Shown: positions 51,090 to 60,270 of the stretch, piece after piece | How the letters are laid out: the number at the start of each line of letters is the position of its first letter | Position numbering within the stretch: the stretch's first letter is position 1 | Source of the DNA: Candidatus Kaelpia imicola | GTDB taxonomy: Bacteria > Omnitrophota > Gorgyraeia > Kaelpiales > Kaelpiaceae | Length of the DNA stretch: 64,000 nt | Direction: 5' to 3' | Assembly: GCA_030765505.1 (NCBI GenBank) | Contig: JAVCCL010000032.1 | Coordinates: forward strand, 34,807 to 98,806 | Translations under genes and position numbers: made by a program | The notes under the pieces: model-generated | What the model was told of the DNA's origin: nothing | The model's database searches: none | What the model saw: only the letters and a program-made list of their open reading frames with translations

Positions 51090-53963
51090 ATGCTTAATTT
51101 TATAATGAAAAAGATCGTAGGAACCCAGAACGAAAGAGAGTTAAAAAAACTCAATCCTTTGGTTAATGAGATAGACTCTTATGAAAACGAAATGCAGAGA
51201 TTAACCGATGCAGAGTTGCGTCTTAAGACCGATAAGTTTAGAGAGAGGCTTTCGGCTGGAGAGAGCTTGGAAGATATTCTACCCGATGCTTTTTCGGTTG
51301 TAAGGGAAGTTGCAAAAAGAAGACTGAAAATGAGACATTTTGGTGTCCAGCTTATAGGCGGAGCAGTGCTTCATCAGGGTAAGATTGCTGAGATGGCAAC
51401 AGGTGAAGGTAAGACTCTCGTTGCGACACTCTCTGCTTATTTAAATGCTTTAAATTCAAAAGGCGTACATATTGTTACTGTAAATGATTATCTTGCTAAA
51501 CGTGATAGGGATTGGATGGGTTCTATCTATGAATCTTTAGGCTTAACTGTAGGCGTTATTGTGCATGGACAGAGCCATGCTCAGAAAAAAGAAGCTTATA
51601 ATTGCGATATTACCTATGGCACAAACAATGAGTTTGGGTTTGATTATTTAAGAGATAATATGGTGATATCTCAAGAAGATGTGGTTCAGCGAGCTCACCA
51701 TTACGCTATAGTAGATGAAGTTGATTCGATACTCATTGATGAGGCAAGGACCCCTCTTATTATCTCGGGTCCTTCTGAGGAGTCAGTGGATAAATATTAT
51801 CTTGCAGATAGAGTAGCTAAGCAGCTTCAGGCAAGAGTGATTATTGATGCAAGAAATACTCAGGATGGATTTACTGTAATCAGAACTCAGGATGGACGTG
51901 AAGAGAAGATTCCTCGGGAGGAGTTTAACGACAGCTGTGATGCTATAGCCGAGGAGAAGAGCAATAATTCTCGCATAACTCAAAAAGGTGAGAAAAAGTG
52001 TGAAGAGATACTGAAGATAGATAGTCTTTGGGAGGAGATGCCGAATGCTTATTCTGAACCCTGGTCTCATTACATAAACCAGTCTTTGAGAGCCAGGTTT
52101 CTATTTAAGAGAGATACTCATTATGTTGTAAAAGATGGCAAGGTTTTAATAGTAGATGAATTCACAGGCCGTCTTATGCCCGGGCGCCGCTGGTCTGACG
52201 GTTTACATCAGGCGATTGAGGCTAAAGAAGCTCTTAAGATAGAACAAGAGAATCAGACTCTTGCGACTATATCCTTTCAGAACTATTTCAGAATGTATCA
52301 GAAACTCTCCGGTATGACAGGGACGGCGGCTACGGAGGCCCCGGAGTTTAACAAGATATATAATTTAGAAGTGATCGTTGTGCCTCCCAATAAAACCTTA
52401 AGAAGATCGCAGAACCCCGATGTGATTTATAAAAGTCAGAGAGAGAAGTTCAATGCAGTTGTCGGTGATATTAGCCAGATGTATGAAGCGGGCAGGCCTG
52501 TACTTGTGGGAACTACATCCATAGAGAAGTCTGAGATTATAAGTGAATTATTAAAAAGAAGAGGAGTGGTTCACAATGTACTCAATGCTAAATACCATGA
52601 GAAGGAGGCTGAGATTATTGCTCAGACAGGAAGGCTTAAGGCGGTGACGATAGCGACAAATATGGCTGGCCGCGGAACAGATATTCTTTTAGGCGGTAAC
52701 CCGGAATTTTTGACAAAAGCTAGATTAAAACAGAATAATAGAGATAGTAACGATATTACCGAGGAGGAGTTTAAAAAGGCAGCCCAGGAAGTTTCATCTT
52801 TAGTGGAGGATGAGCATAAAAAAGTAATTGAATTGGGAGGCCTTCATGTCATAGGAACAGAACGTCATGAATCAAGACGCATCGATAACCAGCTCAGGGG
52901 GCGTTCTGGCCGTCAGGGTGACCCTGGCTCTTCAAAATTCTACCTATCGTTAGAAGATGATCTGATGCGTATTTTTGGTTCTGAGAGAATTGCTATGATT
53001 ATGGATAGGCTGGGCATTGAAGACGGCGAAAAGATAGAGCACGGTTTAATCACTAGAGCTATAGGTACGGCTCAGAAAAGGGTTGAGAGTTTTAATTTCG
53101 AGATCAGGAAGCATCTCTTGGATTATGATGATGTAATGAATAAGCAGCGTCAGGCAATATATAATGAACGCAGGGGCGTTCTGTTTAATGAAAATCTAAA
53201 AGAACATATTTATGAAATAATAGATGAGGTTTTAGAGTATCAGATAGAGATTTATATCTCTGAATCTGAACTGGCTGATAACTATGATTGGGATGGGCTC
53301 TCTAAGTGGTTATTGGATAAATTTAGAGTTCAGATTACAGGAGATAGATTGAAAGAGAGATCTTTAGAGGGTGAGAGAGAGCATAAGAGCAGCTGGCATA
53401 GGATCGTAACTAACTGCTTTGAATATCTGAGTACTAAGATGAAAGAGATTTATCAAGATAGGGAGAGAGAGCTGGAAGAGAATGAGATAAGAAGATTAGA
53501 GAGGATGATATTCTTACATGTTATAGATATGAGATGGAAACAGCACCTCTATGGCTTGGATTATTTAAGAGAGGGTATAGGTCTTAGAGCTTATGGGCAG
53601 AGAGATCCGTTGGTTGAATATAGAAATGAATCTTATGCGATGTTTCAAGAGATGGCTGCGAGGATCAAACTGGATGTTGTCGAGTATCTGTTCAAATTTC
53701 ATCCCAGGTTTAGGATGGCTTCAGGCGGTTTGATTGAAAAATCTGCCCAGGACTACAAACATGAAGAGGTTAATCAGTTCCAGTCTTTGAAAAAGATGAA
53801 ATCTGAATCTGAAGACCCAACTCGTTTGACGCCGCATGAGAAGCTAGGAGTAGATAGACACCAGACCTACAGGAGGGATAATAAAAAAGTAGGTAGAAAT
53901 GATCCCTGTCCTTGTAATAGCGGTAAGAAGTATAAAAAATGCTGTTATCCAAAATATGGATGA
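51090..53963 (+). CDS. secA: Preprotein translocase ATPase SecA (housekeeping)
   Basis: MATGEGKT, DEVDS, ATNMAGRGTDI, QLRGRSGRQGDPG, C-terminal CPC.SGKKYKKCC. Confidence 0.99.
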   Translation: MLNFIMKKIVGTQNERELKKLNPLVNEIDSYENEMQRLTDAELRLKTDKFRERLSAGESLEDILPDAFSVVREVAKRRLKMRHFGVQLIGGAVLHQGKIAEMATGEGKTLVATLSAYLNALNSKGVHIVTVNDYLAKRDRDWMGSIYESLGLTVGVIVHGQSHAQKKEAYNCDITYGTNNEFGFDYLRDNMVISQEDVVQRAHHYAIVDEVDSILIDEARTPLIISGPSEESVDKYYLADRVAKQLQARVIIDARNTQDGFTVIRTQDGREEKIPREEFNDSCDAIAEEKSNNSRITQKGEKKCEEILKIDSLWEEMPNAYSEPWSHYINQSLRARFLFKRDTHYVVKDGKVLIVDEFTGRLMPGRRWSDGLHQAIEAKEALKIEQENQTLATISFQNYFRMYQKLSGMTGTAATEAPEFNKIYNLEVIVVPPNKTLRRSQNPDVIYKSQREKFNAVVGDISQMYEAGRPVLVGTTSIEKSEIISELLKRRGVVHNVLNAKYHEKEAEIIAQTGRLKAVTIATNMAGRGTDILLGGNPEFLTKARLKQNNRDSNDITEEEFKKAAQEVSSLVEDEHKKVIELGGLHVIGTERHESRRIDNQLRGRSGRQGDPGSSKFYLSLEDDLMRIFGSERIAMIMDRLGIEDGEKIEHGLITRAIGTAQKRVESFNFEIRKHLLDYDDVMNKQRQAIYNERRGVLFNENLKEHIYEIIDEVLEYQIEIYISESELADNYDWDGLSKWLLDKFRVQITGDRLKERSLEGEREHKSSWHRIVTNCFEYLSTKMKEIYQDRERELEENEIRRLERMIFLHVIDMRWKQHLYGLDYLREGIGLRAYGQRDPLVEYRNESYAMFQEMAARIKLDVVEYLFKFHPRFRMASGGLIEKSAQDYKHEEVNQFQSLKKMKSESEDPTRLTPHEKLGVDRHQTYRRDNKKVGRNDPCPCNSGKKYKKCCYPKYG

Positions 53964-55402
53964 AAATCTTTTTGACTGTTCTGCTCTCTGCACTATTAAC
54001 AGCAGCTGGTTTTTATTATTCTGACCTGTTTCTGCTCTTCTCTCTTACTCCTCTAATCTATATCGGAATAAGCACAGCGTCTCTTAAGAGAAAATTTTTA
54101 TTAGGATATTTTTGGGGTATCATAACTTTTAGTTTTTTGTCATATTGGGTTATTCATATAACTTTTCTCGGGTTTTTAGCGGCAATTTTTTATCTCGCTT
54201 TATACCCCGGACTCTTTACAGCTCTAATTAGTAGAAATAGAAAATTGACTAATCCTTTTTATATAGCAACTCTATGGGTATCTCTTGAATTTTTGCGTTC
54301 TTTTCTCTTTACAGGTTTTCCTTGGGGTTTTTTGGGTTATGCTTTTTGGAGCCGTTTGAATTTTATTCAGATTGCAGATCTATTCGGTATCTACGGTATA
54401 TCATTTGCAGTTGTTTTGATTAATACAGCGTTACTCTATTCATTTATCGAAAAAAATAGAAGGTATAAGGCGGTTAATTTTATAATAATCCTATTAACCA
54501 TAGTCTGTTCTTTTTGTTATAGCAGGCATCGCTTGAACTCTCTTCTGCCTGAAGGTAGTATTAATAACGTTGCCTTGATTCAGACAAATGTGGATTCTAA
54601 CCTAAAGTGGGATCCAGAACTGTATGGAGATAATTTAAAAAGAATCAGGTTGCTTGGGCTAATTGCAAAAGAGAGAGGGGCGGAACTTATAATATTTCCT
54701 GAGACAGTATTGCCCTATAGCTGGAATAGAGATAAGAGAGTTATGGATGATATAGAAGATATCGTCAAAGAGCTCAACAGCAATCTGATTTTAGGCATTC
54801 CTTATTATCAGGATGACAAGCTTTATAACTCATCTCTTTTATTTAGCAAGAATGGAGAGGTCAAAGGCAGGTATTTTAAGAATCATCTGGTGCCTTTCGG
54901 TGAGTATCTTCCATGTAAGAAAATATTATCTTTTTTAACGGAGTTTTATCCTGTCGGATATTATTCTCCCGGCGTAGATTCAAATCTTCTTAAGTATCAA
55001 GACCACTATTTTTCTGTTTTGATATGCTACGAAGATATCTTCTCTGATATTACAAGAAAAGCTGCTTTAAGCGGTGCCTCTTTTTTAGTTAATCAGTCTG
55101 ATGAAGGTTGGTTTAAGAACAGCCAAGAGATATATCTGAATAATCAGATTGCGGTTTTCCGTGCAATCGAGAGTAGACGCTCGCTTTTGCGTTCAACAAA
55201 TACAGGCATAACTTGCTTGATAGATTATAAGGGGCGTATATTAAGTCAATTAGATCCATTTAGGGCAGATGTTTTAATGGTTGCTGTTCCAATTTATAGA
55301 GAGTTATCTTTTTATTCTAAATATGGTTTATTGTTACTTATTATTATTGTTTTTATTTTTGTTTTATTGTATTCCGCTTGGAGTAATAAAAAAACGTTCT
55401 AA
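53960..55402 (+). CDS. lnt: Apolipoprotein N-acyltransferase
   Basis: GFPW, FPET, K.HLVPFGEY, ICYED, RA.E.RR. Confidence 0.93.
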   Translation: MKIFLTVLLSALLTAAGFYYSDLFLLFSLTPLIYIGISTASLKRKFLLGYFWGIITFSFLSYWVIHITFLGFLAAIFYLALYPGLFTALISRNRKLTNPFYIATLWVSLEFLRSFLFTGFPWGFLGYAFWSRLNFIQIADLFGIYGISFAVVLINTALLYSFIEKNRRYKAVNFIIILLTIVCSFCYSRHRLNSLLPEGSINNVALIQTNVDSNLKWDPELYGDNLKRIRLLGLIAKERGAELIIFPETVLPYSWNRDKRVMDDIEDIVKELNSNLILGIPYYQDDKLYNSSLLFSKNGEVKGRYFKNHLVPFGEYLPCKKILSFLTEFYPVGYYSPGVDSNLLKYQDHYFSVLICYEDIFSDITRKAALSGASFLVNQSDEGWFKNSQEIYLNNQIAVFRAIESRRSLLRSTNTGITCLIDYKGRILSQLDPFRADVLMVAVPIYRELSFYSKYGLLLLIIIVFIFVLLYSAWSNKKTF

Positions 55403-55452
55403 GTTTATAATATTTAAGTTTTCTTCAATTAGGAATAGTTCGAGTCCTTGTT

Positions 55453-55567
55453 GGGGAGTTTTTATATTTAAGCCTCTGTAAAACAATAACTTACAGAGGT
55501 TTTTTTATTTATTTTAAAAACAGCGTGGTTATTTGACACTGCGTATATATGTGGTATATATATTGCA
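55453..55567 (+). repeat. Hairpin plus promoter module copy 1
   Basis: GGGGAGTTTT..AAGCCTCTGTA..TACAGAGGTTTTTTT..CGTGGTTATTTGACA..TGGTATA; homologous to 56600-56723. Confidence 0.8.
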
Positions 55568-55615
55568 GATACTTTGTGAGGCGTGAGGGGGATGGAATGA
55601 AAAAAGGAGCTCAAT

Positions 55616-56521
55616 GTGATTAAAAAGGGTATGGCTGGCTGGTTTCTATTATTAATGTTTATTATAGTAGGTTGTTATGAAAATTTTGCAATATTTACTA
55701 ATAATGAAGATTCTACCCAGGATTATGCTTTACACCTACGTAGATTAAAAGATTCTTCTTTTCAATTCCAAGATATTGCTCAACCCGATTTTTTTGAAAG
55801 AAACTGGGAACGTTTGCGCGATGGAATACGTTTCCAATCATCTTCTGGCATTCTCATAGAGATACGAAGAAACGATGAAGCGTTCGTTATGGTATGCGTA
55901 TATAATCCAAAAGATTCTACTCAGATGACAGAGGCAGGCCAGTTTGTTGAAATTTATAATGCTAGTCTCGATAGCATAAGGAAAATAGAGCAAGAAAGAG
56001 GTATAGTAAATCATTATCAAGTTGGAGTACCAACAAATAGTCCTATTACACCTGCTATATATGATTTTTATAGCGTAACAAATTTAACTGAAAAGGAATT
56101 TAATATCTATCTTGAAGGTGTTAGGCAAGTAAAAGCAGGTTCTATCAAAGATACATATGATATAGTAGATCCTGATTTAAGAGAAACAGCTAAAATATTA
56201 GCCACGGATATTGCCGCGGAGATAGGAGGAAGACGTCTGGATCCTGTACTTATGATAGCAAGTAAACAAAAATTGATTGAAGGGTTAGAGATTTTTTTAA
56301 GAGAGTATGATAAAGAATTGTTTGGTTTTAGTTTTTGCGGTGATAGTATCAAAGAACAAAATATTTTTATAGGCGGAAGGATAATAAAAATTGGCGAGTT
56401 GGAAGAGCTAGCACTTCGGTTAAAACAATGCAAATCTTATCTTGAGGGAGACTTAGGCAATCTTTTTTATCGCTCGTATCTAATGTACGCACAAGGAATG
56501 CCGATAATAAGCTTTAGATAG
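55616..56521 (+). CDS. Hypothetical protein with N-terminal export signal
   Basis: RBS AAGGAG; hydrophobic N-terminus (IVGC may be a lipobox); LHLRR about 20 aa later. Confidence 0.7.
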   Translation: MIKKGMAGWFLLLMFIIVGCYENFAIFTNNEDSTQDYALHLRRLKDSSFQFQDIAQPDFFERNWERLRDGIRFQSSSGILIEIRRNDEAFVMVCVYNPKDSTQMTEAGQFVEIYNASLDSIRKIEQERGIVNHYQVGVPTNSPITPAIYDFYSVTNLTEKEFNIYLEGVRQVKAGSIKDTYDIVDPDLRETAKILATDIAAEIGGRRLDPVLMIASKQKLIEGLEIFLREYDKELFGFSFCGDSIKEQNIFIGGRIIKIGELEELALRLKQCKSYLEGDLGNLFYRSYLMYAQGMPIISFR

Positions 56522-56599
56522 TCAGGTGTTATTATAATCTTATCTGTAATTTTCTTTAGCTTCCTCTGAGTATAGCCAGTTGCGAAATTCGTCCAACAC

Positions 56600-56723
56600 G
56601 GGGAGTTTTATATCTCAAGCCTCTGTATAGCGATAAGTTTCAGAGGCTTTTTTATTTATCCAAATAAAATGACGTGGTTATTTGAAATCGGTAATTACAT
56701 ATGGTACAAATACTATATATTGC
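56600..56723 (+). repeat. Hairpin plus promoter module copy 2
   Basis: GGGGAGTTTT..AAGCCTCTG..CAGAGGCTTTTTT..CGTGGTTATTTGAAA..TGGTACAAAT. Confidence 0.8.
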
Positions 56724-56747
56724 TTAATAAAATATAAGGGGGATGAA

Positions 56748-58082
56748 ATTATAGCAATCGTAAAAAAATGTTTACTTAGTGTATGTGTGATAGTTTTTTT
56801 GCTTAATCTTCACTCATTTTTTATATCTAAAGAAATTTCCAATTCATCTGTATCGCAAAATTCCGCTTATAGAAGATGTAGATATTTTTCTAATTATCCA
56901 AGAGAACAAATAATTGGTATTACGATCCGGAAAAAAGAAGCTCTGCTGTGGAATTATAGAAACGGTAATGTGCCAGCTGATTTATATGAGATAATTGGCA
57001 GAAACCTTGACGTAATTATTAATGGAGGCATTGAACAGATTTATAATTATTTTCCAATAAATCGTATTAATAATAATGTTGCTGAACATATTAATGTTTC
57101 ATTTTGTAATATGTTACTAAACATTGTGTTGCAAAATGAGCCTGATTTAAATGGAAATCAACGTAGCGCTTTATATGGAAATATTGATAGCTATCTAATG
57201 ACTCCGGAAATAAAAATTGCTCAACTTACAGAAGGAGAAAAGACTCTTTCCTCTTCACATATTGTAGCGAAACCCTGGGGAATGGAAGTCTGGATTGCGG
57301 AAAATGATCTTTTCGGGATAAAAGCCATATATATAATGCAAGGAGAACATGAGTCTGTTCAGTGGCATATGAAAAAAACTGAATCTCAGTTGTATTTTGG
57401 ACATGGAGAGATTTTGCATTTGCTTCTAGATGAGTTTGGAAATTTAAGAGAAAAAGTAGGATTATTCCATGAGTCTGACATGGAAGAGGTATCGTCTTTT
57501 TTTGATAGTTTACCTTTTGTGAATATTGGCGGTGAAAATTTGACTATTCGAAATATACCTGTGGGTACTGTGCATACTTCAAGACCTACTCAGGGACTTA
57601 TTATGCACTTGGAATTTAATTCAGGGGAAGAAGCTGCAGCTCCAACTGTGACTACTAGATTATTAGATAAATACACAGATAGCGAAAGGACTATTAAAGA
57701 AGCTCAAAGATTAAATATAAATTGGTGGGGCCCGAGGCTTCCTGTTGCATTAGGAGACGATGTAGCAAGAGTTGAATTTTCTGATGCGGGAAGAGAAATA
57801 CAGGAAAGTATAATTACTGAAGATGATGGTGTAGTGAGAATAGAGACTACGCCCAACTATGTGATTGATCAAATCACTTTTTCTAATGGAGAAAGTAGAA
57901 ATATTGGAGGACGTACACGTACATCGGAAGTAGTACTTGTATTAAATGGAATATTGAATGTAATCAAAGAAGGTCAACACTATTCATTGTTTCCTGGAGA
58001 GGTTTTAGAAATAGAGAAGGGAGAAAGTATTACTTTAACATCTTATGATAAGTGTAAAATTATACATACTTACGCACCATGA
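56748..58082 (+). CDS. Cupin (mannose-6-phosphate isomerase-like) protein with N-terminal export signal; start uncertain
   Basis: KPWG.E.W, SVQWH.KKTE, GTVH; the track start TTG 56682 is the -35 box, so the start is likely ATT/ATA after AAGGGGG. Confidence 0.65.
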   Translation: MIAIVKKCLLSVCVIVFLLNLHSFFISKEISNSSVSQNSAYRRCRYFSNYPREQIIGITIRKKEALLWNYRNGNVPADLYEIIGRNLDVIINGGIEQIYNYFPINRINNNVAEHINVSFCNMLLNIVLQNEPDLNGNQRSALYGNIDSYLMTPEIKIAQLTEGEKTLSSSHIVAKPWGMEVWIAENDLFGIKAIYIMQGEHESVQWHMKKTESQLYFGHGEILHLLLDEFGNLREKVGLFHESDMEEVSSFFDSLPFVNIGGENLTIRNIPVGTVHTSRPTQGLIMHLEFNSGEEAAAPTVTTRLLDKYTDSERTIKEAQRLNINWWGPRLPVALGDDVARVEFSDAGREIQESIITEDDGVVRIETTPNYVIDQITFSNGESRNIGGRTRTSEVVLVLNGILNVIKEGQHYSLFPGEVLEIEKGESITLTSYDKCKIIHTYAP

Positions 58083-58095
58083 GGTTTATATTCAG

Positions 58096-60234
58096 ATGAA
58101 AAATTTTAAGTTAAAAAAATATCGATTCAACTGTATCATCACTCTCATAATATTTTTGTTTAATTTGAACGTGGCATTCGCAAGAAGGATACAGGATGTA
58201 GAGACTTCTTTTCCTAACAGTGTCGTTGATATAGTAGATGAAGCCAGGAGAAAAGGTGTCACTGTTTTATTCATTGGGCCACAATCACCTTTAATTGTAG
58301 ATTCTGCAATACTGGCAGCTCGAATTGAACAGCAGCCGCTAATATTTATACCTAGCCGTAATCAGGTTGATATGGACGAATTTGGTGGTGGGTATGTGGA
58401 AGGTTGGAATCAAGAACGTTTCGTAGGATTTGTAAGGCAACGCATGCAAGAATTAGGAGCTAGCGATGTTCCCGTTTATTTTTATCGTGATCATAGTGGA
58501 CCTTGGCAAAGAGATGAAGAGTTTAGAGAGGCGATTTCTGCTGAGGAAGCTATGCAGCGAGCTAAAATGTCGCTTCTTGCAGATTTGAAAGCGGGTTTTA
58601 ATGTACTTCATATAGATGCTAGTAGAAGTCCTCATAGTTCTGAGTGTGTTGAGTTAGGTAAGGTACAAGAAATGTTGATGTTACAGAGAACAGTTGAACT
58701 GATTGAATATGTTGAAAACCAACGTTGTACGCTAGGATTACCAGCTATTCAATATGAGGTTAGGGGAGAAAGGAAATATTGGGACCAAAGTATGATTGAA
58801 ATAACAGAACGTTTTTTAGTCTCTTTAAAAAGACTTCTTGAACTACGGGGTTTAAATCAAGACCTGATAGGATTTGTTACTGTTAATCCTTCTCCTTTAA
58901 GAGAGCGAGGTACTAGCCAAGCTGTACTAGATGAGGATTTTGTTCAACGATTGGCTGCTTCGATTAATGAGCAAGGTTATTATGTCAAATATCACAACGG
59001 TGATTTTATGGATCCATCTGATCGCGAAAAACTATCTTCATTAGGAGTGTATACACTAAATGTTGCACCGGAAGTTCCAGTAGTGCAAACACGTGCTTTA
59101 TTAGCTTTGGCAGATGAAGAAACGCGCATTTTAGAAAATGTTGCCAACAACGGTCTTGTTCCATCTCATTTGCGAGAGGTTATTACTGAGGCTGTATTTT
59201 TAGATGGTCGTTGGAAAAAATGGGTTCCACTTACAGAAGGCTGGAGTGAGGAAGATGTTAGATCTGATCATGCAAAATTAAAAGAAGTCGTTGAATTCAA
59301 TGCTCACTATTCCTATGGAGATAGTGAGGTGCAAGGAGCTCTGAGACTGTTAGAGCAGAATATGAATAGTTTACGATACGAAAACTATTTGCAGTTATTT
59401 ATACAAAGCAGAATCATCACAAAAATTATGGATTTTTATGAGTCATTGGATGGTATAACTCAGGTGCAATCCAGTCAGCATTCTTATGATATTTATGGAG
59501 ATAAAATAATTAGCAATGTAGAAGCTATAAGAGAGATACAAGAAAATACTGGTATTAGTCGACCAATAACAGTTGCTATTACTGGAGATATGGCAGCAGG
59601 TAAAACAACATTTGTCAACGGTGATGGAGATTTAAATATACAAGGACTCAAGAAGCGTTTAGAAGATAAAGGGCATACAGTTGTTTTGATAGATGACGAA
59701 ATGTTCTTGGAAAGCAGAGAAACACGACTGTTAGGACAATCATCTTTAGATACTAATGATCGTAACTTTGATTTTTTATACTTTCAACATCTTTTCGATC
59801 AGAATGCAATGCAATATTTGTTTGAAGAATTAGGTTCGTTCATAAGGGGCAGTCAAGCTATCTTATCAGTGCCTTTTCAAATATATGATCGAACAACAGG
59901 AAGACGTGGTCGAAACATAAATTTTAATATACCTCGCGATGCCGTAATAATATATTCAGGAGTAATGCTTAATCATTTGCCTCATGAGGTAGGTTTTGAT
60001 ATCTCTGTTTCAATGGAGTATAATATGCAGGATACAGATGAAGTTTTAGCTCGTATTCTTCAACGTGAAAGTAGAAAACCAAGTATGAATCAAATAAGTA
60101 GAGAAGAACTGTTGCAGAGAATCCGATATGATTTAGCTGCTTATAGACTTTATAGAATAAAATTTCCTTTCCAAGGTGATTATATAATAGATGTAAGCTC
60201 ATTTGAAGAGCCAATTTTAATCAACAACCTATAA
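58096..60234 (+). CDS. FARR-leader protein: GatZ/KbaZ-family TIM-barrel domain fused to a uridine kinase/PRK-like P-loop domain
   Basis: Leader ending NVAFA-RR; SRNQVD..GGY, RDH.GPWQ, AGF..LHIDAS; VAITGDMAAGKTT. Confidence 0.75.
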   Translation: MKNFKLKKYRFNCIITLIIFLFNLNVAFARRIQDVETSFPNSVVDIVDEARRKGVTVLFIGPQSPLIVDSAILAARIEQQPLIFIPSRNQVDMDEFGGGYVEGWNQERFVGFVRQRMQELGASDVPVYFYRDHSGPWQRDEEFREAISAEEAMQRAKMSLLADLKAGFNVLHIDASRSPHSSECVELGKVQEMLMLQRTVELIEYVENQRCTLGLPAIQYEVRGERKYWDQSMIEITERFLVSLKRLLELRGLNQDLIGFVTVNPSPLRERGTSQAVLDEDFVQRLAASINEQGYYVKYHNGDFMDPSDREKLSSLGVYTLNVAPEVPVVQTRALLALADEETRILENVANNGLVPSHLREVITEAVFLDGRWKKWVPLTEGWSEEDVRSDHAKLKEVVEFNAHYSYGDSEVQGALRLLEQNMNSLRYENYLQLFIQSRIITKIMDFYESLDGITQVQSSQHSYDIYGDKIISNVEAIREIQENTGISRPITVAITGDMAAGKTTFVNGDGDLNIQGLKKRLEDKGHTVVLIDDEMFLESRETRLLGQSSLDTNDRNFDFLYFQHLFDQNAMQYLFEELGSFIRGSQAILSVPFQIYDRTTGRRGRNINFNIPRDAVIIYSGVMLNHLPHEVGFDISVSMEYNMQDTDEVLARILQRESRKPSMNQISREELLQRIRYDLAAYRLYRIKFPFQGDYIIDVSSFEEPILINNL

Positions 60235-60270
60235 AATTCTGTCTGTTTTAAGCATCATAATAAGATCCTA

